From positions 37,600 through 101,599 of the forward strand of contig CACBQK010000001.1 in the NCBI GenBank assembly GCA_902541365.1: a stretch of 64,000 nt of DNA, written 5' to 3'. Shown here piece by piece: positions 18,650 to 27,602 of this stretch. Every line of letters starts with the position of its first letter. Within the stretch, counting starts at the first letter, position 1. A program made the translations under genes and the position numbers. This stretch comes from an uncultured SAR86 cluster bacterium (GTDB taxonomy: Bacteria; Pseudomonadota; Gammaproteobacteria; Magnimaribacterales; D2472). Under the pieces are notes generated by a model. That model did not search any database, had not been told where the DNA came from, and worked only from the letters and a program-made list of their open reading frames with translations.

Positions 18650-19555
18650 ATGAAAATAAGTACATTTGATTTAAATCTTTTTGTAGTACTTAACGCTATA
18701 TACACAGAAGGAAGTCTTACGAAAGCAGCTGAAGTTGTTGGAATAACTCAGCCTGCCGTTAGTAATGCTCTTTCTCGCTTAAGAGAAAAGTTTGATGATG
18801 ATCTCTTTATAAGGACGGGTTCTGGCATGACTCCGACTCAGAAAACAGAAAACATTATATTAGATGTTAAAAAAGCTTTAGATTTAATGCAAAAAAGTGT
18901 GAACGAGCCTGATGAATTCAATCCAGAAACCAGCGAATTAACTTTTAGAATTTCTCTAAGCGATATTTCTGAAGAGAGAGTTCTTCCTTATATTTTAAAA
19001 AAAATAAAAAAGATTGCTCCAAAAGTATCTATTGAGAGTTATCAATTTGAAAGAAAAGATTTTGTTCATGCTCTTGCAACCAATCAATTAAATTTTGTTG
19101 TTGATCCAGTTATCCCAAGATCTAAAGATATAAAACATGATCTGATATTCGAAGATGAGTTCGTTTGTGCTCATAGAAAGAATCATCCAATTGGTGATGA
19201 AAAGAAACTTACTATGAAAGAGTTTTTAAGCTTGAAACATATCAATATATCTAACAGAAGAAGAGGTCCATCATTAATAGATGTTGAATTGGAAAAGCTT
19301 CAACTTAAACGAGACATTGCGTTGAGGGCCCAGCATTTTATGGTTACTCCTCAAATTGTAAAAAATAGTGATTATGTTTTGATTTGCTCCAAAACTTTCG
19401 CAATTAAAAATAGCCTTGCTTTTCAGAAACTTCCAATTGACCTTCCAAAAGTAGAGCAACATCTAATATGGCATTCCAGTGATGATAACGAAGGCCCTCA
19501 CCTATGGATGAAAGATCTTTTAATTGAAGCCTTTGCAGAAGCTCAAAAAGTTTAG
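18650..19555 (+). CDS. LysR-family transcriptional regulator
   Basis: 301 aa with N-terminal wHTH (LFVVLNAIYTEGSLTKAAEVVGITQPAVSNALSRLRE) and a C-terminal substrate-binding domain. Confidence 0.9.
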   Translation: MKISTFDLNLFVVLNAIYTEGSLTKAAEVVGITQPAVSNALSRLREKFDDDLFIRTGSGMTPTQKTENIILDVKKALDLMQKSVNEPDEFNPETSELTFRISLSDISEERVLPYILKKIKKIAPKVSIESYQFERKDFVHALATNQLNFVVDPVIPRSKDIKHDLIFEDEFVCAHRKNHPIGDEKKLTMKEFLSLKHINISNRRRGPSLIDVELEKLQLKRDIALRAQHFMVTPQIVKNSDYVLICSKTFAIKNSLAFQKLPIDLPKVEQHLIWHSSDDNEGPHLWMKDLLIEAFAEAQKV

Positions 19556-20349
19556 CTCAAATCATGCCCTGAGGCATTAACCAGACCTCCATCACAAGTA
19601 ATTGTCTCGCCAATAGTATAAGAGCCTGCGCGAGAGCATAAAAATATAGCTAATCCTGCAATATCTTCAGGAGTTCCAACTCTTTTTCTTGGGTTTCGAA
19701 CAGCAATGCCTGAATAATCATGATTTACAGCTGAGCCCAGCATCATGCTTGGAAATGGACCAGGTGCAATTGCATTAACCAGTATATTTTCCTTTACCAA
19801 CTTACTTGCAAGAGCTCTAGTAAGATGATGAACTGCAGCTTTGGAAGCACTGTAAGAGAAAGTCTCAAATATCGGTACATTTATTCCATCTATTGATCCA
19901 ATGTTTATTACTCGTGAAGGCTCATCATCAGAGGTATTTTTAGAAAGAGCAGGAGTGAGATCTCGCGTTAAAAAAAACATGCTTTTAACATTTGTATCCA
20001 TAACCTTGTCCCAACCCTTCTCAGAGAAATTTTCATATGGCTCGCCCCATGCAGCACCAGCATTATTTACTAGAATATCTATGCTATCTTCATGATCAAG
20101 ATAATCAGAAACCAGCTTTTGTATGCCCTCCATATTGCTAAGGTCACATGGAATTGCAATGCATTCTCCATTAAATTTTTCTGATAACTCTTTTGCTTTT
20201 TCTATTAATGGAGCTTCCTTTCTTGCAGTAATGTAGACCTTAACACCATTCGCTAAAAATCCAGCTGCAATCATTTCTCCGATACCTCTAGATCCACCCG
20301 TTATTAATGCTATCTTTCCATCAATGTTAAAAAGTTTATTTATATCCAT
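19552..20349 (-). CDS. Short-chain dehydrogenase/reductase (SDR) family oxidoreductase
   Basis: 265 aa with TGGSRGIG, NNAG and catalytic YSASKAA. Confidence 0.9.
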   Translation of the reverse strand: MDINKLFNIDGKIALITGGSRGIGEMIAAGFLANGVKVYITARKEAPLIEKAKELSEKFNGECIAIPCDLSNMEGIQKLVSDYLDHEDSIDILVNNAGAAWGEPYENFSEKGWDKVMDTNVKSMFFLTRDLTPALSKNTSDDEPSRVINIGSIDGINVPIFETFSYSASKAAVHHLTRALASKLVKENILVNAIAPGPFPSMMLGSAVNHDYSGIAVRNPRKRVGTPEDIAGLAIFLCSRAGSYTIGETITCDGGLVNASGHDLS

Positions 20350-20430
20350 GCTTATCCTCTCTTAAAAAAACTATTATAACTTTGAAAAAGAAATGTAATA
20401 CGAAATTCTTTTAGTAATATAATCTTAATT

Positions 20431-21576
20431 ATGGATAGAAGAGATTTTTTAAAAATATTAGGCCTTTTTGCCCTATCACCTAAAAAAATCTATGCCCAAA
20501 AGATTAAATCTAAAGAAGCAGTCATTATTGGGGCTGGAATTATCGGTTGCTCCATTGCTTATGAGCTATCTAAGCGCGGGGTTAAAGTAACTTTAATAGA
20601 TAAAAATTCTCCTGGTTCAGCCTGCAGCGGTAGCTCGTTTTCATGGATAAATGCAACATATCCTAAAAAGCCATATTCATATAATTTATTCTCGCAGCTA
20701 GGTATAAATGCATTTCATTTAATGCAAAGGGAGTTATCTCTCGATATTAAGTGGAACGGATCTTTAGAATGGTCTACAACAATGAAGGACCAAGAGAAAC
20801 TAATAGAAAGCGTAAATGAATTACAGAATTATCCAAAATACACTCCTACTTCAGTAATTGACCATAAAAAAGCCAAAAAATTGGAACCACATATAAATTT
20901 CAGAGGAAATGAGAATATTATCTTTTCAAAAGCAGATGGAGCAATGAATCCTAAAAATGCTATATCAAAAATGATAGATGTAATTAAAAAAAATGGTGGT
21001 TCAGTTTTATATCCTTGTAAGTTCGAAAAAATTATAGAAAGCAGTGACTCCTTCTCAAAAATTAAAACATCAATGGGAATACTAAAATCAGAAAATGTTA
21101 TTTTTTGTAATGGCGTTGATGTTAATAACAGCTTTAATGTGAATTTTTTAAAAAAACCAAGGCCAGGTGTAATAATTAAAACTGAACCACAGAAAAATCT
21201 TATTAATTCAGTTGTTTATGGGCCAAAAATACATGCGCATCAACAAAGCAATGGTCAAATAATAATTGGTGAACAAATTACTGCACCAATAAAAGAAAAT
21301 ACAAAAGATCATATAAAAAGAATAAATAAGCATTTCAAGAGTATGGTTAAAAGTGGAACTGATTTAAATCCATCAGAAGTATTAATTGGGTGGAGGCCTA
21401 TTCCGAAAGATGACTTACCAATTATCGGTAAGTTTAAAAATAAATCAATTTATATTGCTGTAATGCATAGTGGAATCAGTCTTGCAGCAATTGTAGGAAA
21501 TTTAGTCTCACAAGAAATTGTAGACGAAGTTGATAGCTTGCTTTTAAAAGATTTTAGACCTTCGAGATTTTTTTAA
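20431..21576 (+). CDS. FAD-dependent oxidoreductase (DAO family) with twin-arginine signal peptide
   Basis: 381 aa. The Tat motif MDRRDFLKILGLFAL matches the RRxFLK consensus. A Rossmann dinucleotide motif VIIGAGIIGCSIAYELSKRG is present. Confidence 0.8.
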   Translation: MDRRDFLKILGLFALSPKKIYAQKIKSKEAVIIGAGIIGCSIAYELSKRGVKVTLIDKNSPGSACSGSSFSWINATYPKKPYSYNLFSQLGINAFHLMQRELSLDIKWNGSLEWSTTMKDQEKLIESVNELQNYPKYTPTSVIDHKKAKKLEPHINFRGNENIIFSKADGAMNPKNAISKMIDVIKKNGGSVLYPCKFEKIIESSDSFSKIKTSMGILKSENVIFCNGVDVNNSFNVNFLKKPRPGVIIKTEPQKNLINSVVYGPKIHAHQQSNGQIIIGEQITAPIKENTKDHIKRINKHFKSMVKSGTDLNPSEVLIGWRPIPKDDLPIIGKFKNKSIYIAVMHSGISLAAIVGNLVSQEIVDEVDSLLLKDFRPSRFF

Positions 21577-21597
21577 TTAAATCTATACAATATAAAT

Positions 21598-22545
21598 ATG
21601 TTTCTAAACATCTCGCTCCTTATTATATCCATTGCAACTCTAGTCTTTGGTGCTGAAAGGTTTGTAGATGCATCTTCTAAAATAGCTAGAAATTTTGGCA
21701 TTAGTGACTTGTTCGTGGGCTTAACTATTGTTGCTCTTGGTACATCTGCTCCTGAAATATTTGTTGCTATTAGCTCTGTTATAAACTCCGCTGAAGCAGT
21801 AGCTATTGGAACAATAGTTGGATCAAATATTACTAATATTGCGCTTATTTTTGGCGTATCTTGCTTTGCAATTAATCAAATTAAAAAAAGGTTTTCACTT
21901 GAATCTCTTATACCATTCTTATTAAGTTTTCTTTTGTTTTTATTTGCTCTTAAAGATTTGAAATTTAGTTTAATTGAAAGTCTTGGATTTATTACGATCT
22001 TATTGTATTTTCTTGTTATTCTTTCAAAAGAAAGATCGAGTGTTATTGAGGTCGCTTCAGGCAATTTAGATATGCTCAAAAACTTCATAATACTACTAAT
22101 GGGTTTGGTGCTGCTTGTAGTTGGTTCAAACTTTGCAGTGATATATGCAGAAAAGTTTGCTTTGTCTATTGGTGTTTCAGAAGTAGTAGTTGGTTTGACT
22201 ATTTTAGCCCTGGGTACAAGTCTTCCTGAACTAGCAGCAACTGTTTCGGCTATCTTCAAAGGCAAAAATCAAATGGTGATAGGTAATATTATTGGCTCAA
22301 ATATCCTTAATCTAGTAATTATTGTTCCAATCATAGGTATATTTTCCTCTGCTATTATGCCTGTTGAATTATGGGAAAGAGATTCATCCCCCCTAATTAT
22401 ATTAACTTTAACTTTTACTTTGATAATGCTTTTTTTATCAAGAGTGCAAATGCCAAGGTATTTAGGGACCCTTCTTGGGTTCGGATTTATAAGTTTCTAT
22501 ATAATTTACGTCTTAAATTTAAGTAATCTTATTAGTATCTTTTAA
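21598..22545 (+). CDS. Ca2+/Na+ antiporter, CaCA family (YrbG-like)
   Basis: 315 aa with two alpha-repeats (GLTIVALGTSAPE and GLTILALGTSLPE). Confidence 0.85.
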   Translation: MFLNISLLIISIATLVFGAERFVDASSKIARNFGISDLFVGLTIVALGTSAPEIFVAISSVINSAEAVAIGTIVGSNITNIALIFGVSCFAINQIKKRFSLESLIPFLLSFLLFLFALKDLKFSLIESLGFITILLYFLVILSKERSSVIEVASGNLDMLKNFIILLMGLVLLVVGSNFAVIYAEKFALSIGVSEVVVGLTILALGTSLPELAATVSAIFKGKNQMVIGNIIGSNILNLVIIVPIIGIFSSAIMPVELWERDSSPLIILTLTFTLIMLFLSRVQMPRYLGTLLGFGFISFYIIYVLNLSNLISIF

Positions 22546-22962
22546 GAGTTTAATAAAAATTAAGCCAATTAAGAAAACAATAATCTCAAAGATAAGGAAA
22601 GTATTAATTTCTGCTGGTAACCCTGCTTGAGAACCAAGCAACATCAACAAGAACCTACCCAGAGCTATTGAACCAACAAGAAAAACAAGTATTTTTATAG
22701 AAAATAATCCAACTTGTTCTCTGAAAATACCTATTAAGAACATCAGGCCAATGACAATATTAATACCGCCATATATTCCTGCAAATTCAGAGTACCCAAT
22801 TGGGGATATAACAGATAAGCCTACAGCTTCATAAAAAGAAGGTAGCTCTAAACCAAGGGCATCTTGTGCTGGAGCAATAATTGCCCATAAGCCTATTGGT
22901 AAATATATGGCTGCCATCAAAAGCAAAAAGATTATCAGGCTTATGCGTTTAAAAATATTCAT
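22519..22962 (-). CDS. Hypothetical 4-TM membrane protein
   Basis: 147 aa, hydrophobic, with no motif recognised. It abuts the upstream gene. Confidence 0.45.
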   Translation of the reverse strand: MNIFKRISLIIFLLLMAAIYLPIGLWAIIAPAQDALGLELPSFYEAVGLSVISPIGYSEFAGIYGGINIVIGLMFLIGIFREQVGLFSIKILVFLVGSIALGRFLLMLLGSQAGLPAEINTFLIFEIIVFLIGLIFIKLLKDTNKIT

Positions 22963-23369
22963 TAAAATGTATCCATTCTTATTTCTTTTTTTCTCTTTGA
23001 ATGACTAAGTCTAACAAAAAGAGTTACAAAAATTGAGACGACAAACATACCAATCCCAGGTATACCAAATTTATATGGTCTATCAATAAATAGTAGTGAT
23101 TGAGTAAGAGTAAAGAATAAAAGTATCAAAAAAACAGGCCAAAGAGTGGTAGTCGGATTCTTCCCAAGAAAGTGTCTTAATATAAAATAACATGCTGTCA
23201 TATAAAAAGCTGGTTGAATTGTCCTCGTCCTCCACTCAGCCATCACCATCGGATCTAATTCAGTTCCTGGAAAAACTACAACTAAATGATTGGCAAACAT
23301 AAAAAGGCCAGACATAATAAGCAAGAAGGTAAATAAACAAAATAATACTAATTTTTCAACAATATTCAT
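22962..23369 (-). CDS. Hypothetical 4-TM membrane protein
   Basis: 135 aa, hydrophobic, with no motif recognised. Confidence 0.45.
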   Translation of the reverse strand: MNIVEKLVLFCLFTFLLIMSGLFMFANHLVVVFPGTELDPMVMAEWRTRTIQPAFYMTACYFILRHFLGKNPTTTLWPVFLILLFFTLTQSLLFIDRPYKFGIPGIGMFVVSIFVTLFVRLSHSKRKKEIRMDTF

Positions 23370-23865
23370 GAATCTTAAAAACAGTTTTTTATCATTTTAC
23401 TTAGTTTTAGTATCATTTCCTATTATGTCGACAAATATCATTGTGCCTAATGAAGAAATTTTAGAAAAGCCATTCCCTCTTCCTTACGAAAGAGTTAATT
23501 TAAGTGAGAGTGACTTAAGAGATTTTATTGATAATACTATCAACAATAAAAAGCAGCCTGTAGTTATTTTTGGTGCTAATTGGTGCCCAGACTGCAGGAT
23601 CCTCAGTGCTGTTTTAGATCTTGAAACTGTCAATAAATATATGGATGTTAACTTTGAAATTCTCTATATTGACTTAGGTAGATATGATATCAATATGTCA
23701 TTGATGGAATTTTTCGATATTATGCCTCAACAAGGCATTCCTAGAGTAGTTATTCTCAATAAAGATAAAGAGGTCCTAAATATTAAGGATACGGGTGAAT
23801 GGACTACTGCTAGATCAAGAACTAAACAAGAAATCTTCAATTACTTCCAAGAATATAAGCAATAA
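23368..23865 (+). CDS. Secreted thioredoxin-fold protein (WCPDC active site)
   Basis: Start placed at MNLKNSFLSFYLVLVSFPIMS (ATG 23368). The upstream part of the track ORF overlaps the divergent gene. An FGANWCPDCRIL motif is present. Confidence 0.7.
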   Translation: MNLKNSFLSFYLVLVSFPIMSTNIIVPNEEILEKPFPLPYERVNLSESDLRDFIDNTINNKKQPVVIFGANWCPDCRILSAVLDLETVNKYMDVNFEILYIDLGRYDINMSLMEFFDIMPQQGIPRVVILNKDKEVLNIKDTGEWTTARSRTKQEIFNYFQEYKQ

Positions 23866-23892
23866 AAAAAGCCAGGTGTAAACCTGGCTTTT
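23866..23892. terminator. Bidirectional rho-independent terminator between convergent genes
   Basis: AAAAA-GCCAGGT-GTAA-ACCTGGC-TTTT: a 7-bp stem, a tetraloop, and A-run/T-run flanks serving both strands. Confidence 0.75.
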
Positions 23893-23909
23893 GCTAAGAA
23901 ATATCGATC

Positions 23910-26243
23910 TTAATATCTGTAAGTATATCTAAGTGAGACGCTTCTTGGAGGAATCCACTGAAGATAATTCCTTGGTCTCCATCCGGGACTATCAGCAGAG
24001 AATTTAAATGCCTCTGTTCTATTGTCCATCAAGTTATCAATACTTAACTGAAGTGAAGAATTCTCATTTAGGTCAACTCCCCAATTTAGATTAAACTTCT
24101 CATATGCTGGAGACATTTGATCTTCAGATTGACCAAAAGTAGCATAACTTTCTCCATAATATAAATAATCTAGTCTGGTATAAGCAGATCGTGAACCCAT
24201 TGCATAGTCATATGAAAGTCCAATGTTATATTGTTCTTCTACAGTTCCAGGCAAACTATCTCCAGCTGATGCTCCAAAACTAGGCATATCAATTGTTGTC
24301 TCAGCAGTCATAAATGATCCAGCAAAATCCATGTAAAGACCATCAGCAAGCATTACATCAAAATCTATTTCAACACCTTCAGTTTCTGCCTCACCACCAT
24401 TTGCTTGGAAGCTCCATCCACATGCTGGTGCAATTCCAATCTGAATATCTGTCCACTCAATCATAAAATATGTAGCATTGAAATTAAAAGAATCTCCTCT
24501 TGCTTTCATACCAAATTCAGTATTTTCAGCTTTGTCTGAAGTATATCTTCTTTGAAAGCTAGATGCCTCAGGATCGCCTGCGCAGAAAGGAGGAAGAGCT
24601 GAGTTGTTCCCACCAGGTCTATATCCAGCCGACGATACCGCAAATAGAGTAAGATCTTCATTAGGCATGTATGTTGCAGTTAATTTTGGTCTTGTATCAG
24701 ATTCAGTACCAGCTTCCTGATTACAAGTTGTACCCTCGGTAGCTAAACCATCACATCCATTACCAGAGTAAAAGATTCCAAATTCAGAAGATTTGTAACC
24801 ATCTGAAATTTCATAGTCTCTTAATCCAGCGGTGAATTTCCAATTATCTAAATTTAAAGCAACCTCTCCATACATAGCTTTTTCGGTAGAATAACTATAG
24901 TAAGTGTAACTTCCGTAGTAAAAATATGGACTTGCATCATCACCACAGTAAGGTGGGCAATATGCTGAACCATCGTAACCACCAGGAACCATAAATCCTA
25001 TGTAGTCAAAGGCTTCCGCAGAGAGCAATGCTTGATTCTCAACAATCTGATTTGGATCAGCATTTGATTCAAAATCATACAAACCTACTGTCCATTCAAT
25101 CATACCGGGATTTGAGCTTACTCTTAATTCAGTAATTTCTGACTCACTATCAGATGTGACTATTAACGGAGCAGGATAAAGATCATCAGTATCAATCCTT
25201 CCCCATTCAGTATCACTGTCCTCATCATAGTCCCTATTCATGGTTACAAGCGTTGCTGAGCCCCAATCGAAACCAATATTTGTGGTTGAAACTAATGTTG
25301 ATAAAACTACATTATGAATTTCATCAGTTACTTCGGCAAAAGCTAATAGAGGATTATATTTAGAAAGATCTCTACCGTACTCAGCAGCAAGCGCAGTTAA
25401 TCTTGTACAAGAGTCACCATAATAAAAAGCTGAACTGAAACTACAATTAGGATCGAAGATATCAGCATTACCTGGCTTGTCACCATTTCCTTTTTCTTTC
25501 ATTCCTTCATCATGCCGATCACTGACAATATATCTAATCATGCTTGAAATGTTCCCATCATGTAATGGTGAATCATCTCTGTTAAAGCCTAGCGTGATTG
25601 TATATCTTTCGTCTTCCTGATCTCCAACTCCCATATCTTGGGTAATAATATTTTGATAAATACCAGGATCAAGTGATTTTGAATACGTTGCTCTTAATGC
25701 AAAAAGATCATTCAATGGAACGTTAACCATTGCGTTATAGTTAACAATAGCATTTTCTGCATATTTCTTTTTACCATACTCTACGGAATAAGCGTAATCG
25801 AAACCGGAAGCATCAGGTTTTTTTGTAATATATCTGATTGTTCCGCCAATTGCGTTTGATCCATAAAGAGTTCCTTGTGGGCCGCGAAGAACCTCAATTC
25901 TGTCAATATCCCAAATATTCATAGTTGTTCCAGGAATTTCATCGACATAAGTAGAAGTTGTTCCTGAAGACCTTTGGGCCGAACTAGTGTTCAAACCTCT
26001 AATTGAGTAATATCTTGCTCCACCAGGAGTTGTAACACCTGCAAGAGTTCTTAGAAAGTCCTCGGGGTTCGTAATTCCCCTTTCTTGAATATCCACTTCA
26101 GTTATTACTGAAATATTCATAGGTATTTCTTGAACAGTTTCTTCCTTTTTGTTGGCTGTAACAATTACTTCTTCAACATCAGCCTGTAATAAAGTAAATG
26201 GTACGAGCAAAGTTAAAAAAGCAGTTTTTCTTAGAAAATGCAT
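23910..26243 (-). CDS. TonB-dependent outer-membrane receptor
   Basis: 777 aa with a signal peptide and plug region (EEVIVTANKKEETVQEIPMNISVIT, IEVLRGPQGTLYGSNAIGGTIRYITKKP). The beta-barrel has an aromatic C-terminus (RYTYRY). Confidence 0.92.
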   Translation of the reverse strand: MHFLRKTAFLTLLVPFTLLQADVEEVIVTANKKEETVQEIPMNISVITEVDIQERGITNPEDFLRTLAGVTTPGGARYYSIRGLNTSSAQRSSGTTSTYVDEIPGTTMNIWDIDRIEVLRGPQGTLYGSNAIGGTIRYITKKPDASGFDYAYSVEYGKKKYAENAIVNYNAMVNVPLNDLFALRATYSKSLDPGIYQNIITQDMGVGDQEDERYTITLGFNRDDSPLHDGNISSMIRYIVSDRHDEGMKEKGNGDKPGNADIFDPNCSFSSAFYYGDSCTRLTALAAEYGRDLSKYNPLLAFAEVTDEIHNVVLSTLVSTTNIGFDWGSATLVTMNRDYDEDSDTEWGRIDTDDLYPAPLIVTSDSESEITELRVSSNPGMIEWTVGLYDFESNADPNQIVENQALLSAEAFDYIGFMVPGGYDGSAYCPPYCGDDASPYFYYGSYTYYSYSTEKAMYGEVALNLDNWKFTAGLRDYEISDGYKSSEFGIFYSGNGCDGLATEGTTCNQEAGTESDTRPKLTATYMPNEDLTLFAVSSAGYRPGGNNSALPPFCAGDPEASSFQRRYTSDKAENTEFGMKARGDSFNFNATYFMIEWTDIQIGIAPACGWSFQANGGEAETEGVEIDFDVMLADGLYMDFAGSFMTAETTIDMPSFGASAGDSLPGTVEEQYNIGLSYDYAMGSRSAYTRLDYLYYGESYATFGQSEDQMSPAYEKFNLNWGVDLNENSSLQLSIDNLMDNRTEAFKFSADSPGWRPRNYLQWIPPRSVSLRYTYRY

Positions 26244-26343
26244 ATTTTTCCCCTAAAAATTTATTAATTAAGTTAAATATAGCACTAAATATGTGTAAAA
26301 AAAACGTTTTTTAATGGCGAAAAGCTGACTATAAAAGGGTTTT

Positions 26344-27600
26344 TTAATCAAACTGTTTCTGATCACTAGCAAAAATTAGATAAATAAGGCCTCCAATCAC
26401 TATCAAGCAGGCTGCAAAATGAAAAATAAGTGTCCATGAATTAGTAACATCTAATACATATCCAGATACTGCATTACCTACAACTCCTGCAATCATCCCA
26501 AAAGTGGATGCAATACCCACAAGAGTTCCAGTGGTGCTAGGACCAATATCGGCATGATTAACACCAAATCCACCAGCAGCAACCCCCGCAAAAAGATTTG
26601 TAATACAGATCAAAATAATAATCGTCGAAATCGATTCAAAAAAAGGAATCATGAAAAGACAAATGGCCGATCCAAAGAATCCTAATGAGTTTAATATTTT
26701 TCTTACTTTAATAACCCTAATACCTTTTTTTATTAGGCTATCTGCAAGATATCCCCCTCCATTCAGAGCAATCACTGAAATAATGCTTGGGATTATAATG
26801 AGGATAACAAAAGTACTTGATTCAAGTTCTATTCCCAACTCATTATCAATAAACTTCGGCAGAAAAGATAAAAAAACAAATAAACTCCAGTTATTTGCAA
26901 AAGTAGCAGCGATAATTGCCAAAAAGGGTTTATTGACTAACAACTGCCTCAGAGGAATCTTTTTTACAGGTCTTGATGAAGGAGCATTGTTTTGAATATA
27001 AGCTAGTTCTTCAGAAGAAATTTTTTTATGCTCATTTGGATATGAGGTTATATTTTTGTGCCAAAAAATAAACCAAATTAAACCAACTATGCCAAATATA
27101 TAAAATGCCCACTCCCAGCCCATTGCAATAATGATCATTTGGGTACCTATATATCCAATAATGGTTCCGATAGATATTCCGCTATTAGTAAAAGCAATAG
27201 CTCTTGTTCTCTCATTAAATGGTATCCACCTAGCATATAAACTATGCCATGCAGGAAATGTAACTCCTTCTCCAATGCCCATCAAAATTCTTATGAAAAA
27301 TAATGCAAAAAAGCCATTATGAGCAGCTACTGGTGTAAGGATTGTAAATATTGACCATAAAACAACTCCCCATCCTAAAACTCTCTTACCGCCAAACTTA
27401 TCAGAGAGATAACCTCCTAAAGCCATTGTGAGCATATAGCCCAGATAAAAAGAAGAAAAAATAAGACCAACTTGAGAATCGCTCCAACCAAACTGTTCTT
27501 GCATAGGAATAATTGCTACAGAAATATTTACTCTATCTATGTAACAAATAATTACAGCAAGAGTTGAATATGCAATAAGGTTAATTCTTTGTGGAAGCAT
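26344..27600 (-). CDS. MFS transporter, anion:cation symporter (ACS/SLC17-like) family
   Basis: 418 aa with 12 TM. The loop 2-3 motif GGYLSDKFGGKRVLG is present, and the N-terminal region CYIDRVNISVAIIPM is typical of ACS members. Confidence 0.88.
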   Translation of the reverse strand: MLPQRINLIAYSTLAVIICYIDRVNISVAIIPMQEQFGWSDSQVGLIFSSFYLGYMLTMALGGYLSDKFGGKRVLGWGVVLWSIFTILTPVAAHNGFFALFFIRILMGIGEGVTFPAWHSLYARWIPFNERTRAIAFTNSGISIGTIIGYIGTQMIIIAMGWEWAFYIFGIVGLIWFIFWHKNITSYPNEHKKISSEELAYIQNNAPSSRPVKKIPLRQLLVNKPFLAIIAATFANNWSLFVFLSFLPKFIDNELGIELESSTFVILIIIPSIISVIALNGGGYLADSLIKKGIRVIKVRKILNSLGFFGSAICLFMIPFFESISTIIILICITNLFAGVAAGGFGVNHADIGPSTTGTLVGIASTFGMIAGVVGNAVSGYVLDVTNSWTLIFHFAACLIVIGGLIYLIFASDQKQFD

Positions 27601-27602
27601 GC

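Noticed and set aside
21876-22265. 129-aa minus-strand ORF inside the CaCA antiporter gene
   Set aside because: It is a shadow ORF opposite a gene with clear alpha-repeat motifs.
23290-23367. N-terminal extension of the thioredoxin-like ORF
   Set aside because: It overlaps the divergent membrane-protein gene by 80 nt. The internal ATG at 23368 gives a normal signal peptide.
26297-26312. A8-CG-T6 palindrome between the MFS gene and the TonB receptor gene, as a terminator
   Set aside because: The stem would be almost entirely A-U and has no loop. This is too weak to call, so the MFS and receptor genes may be co-transcribed.
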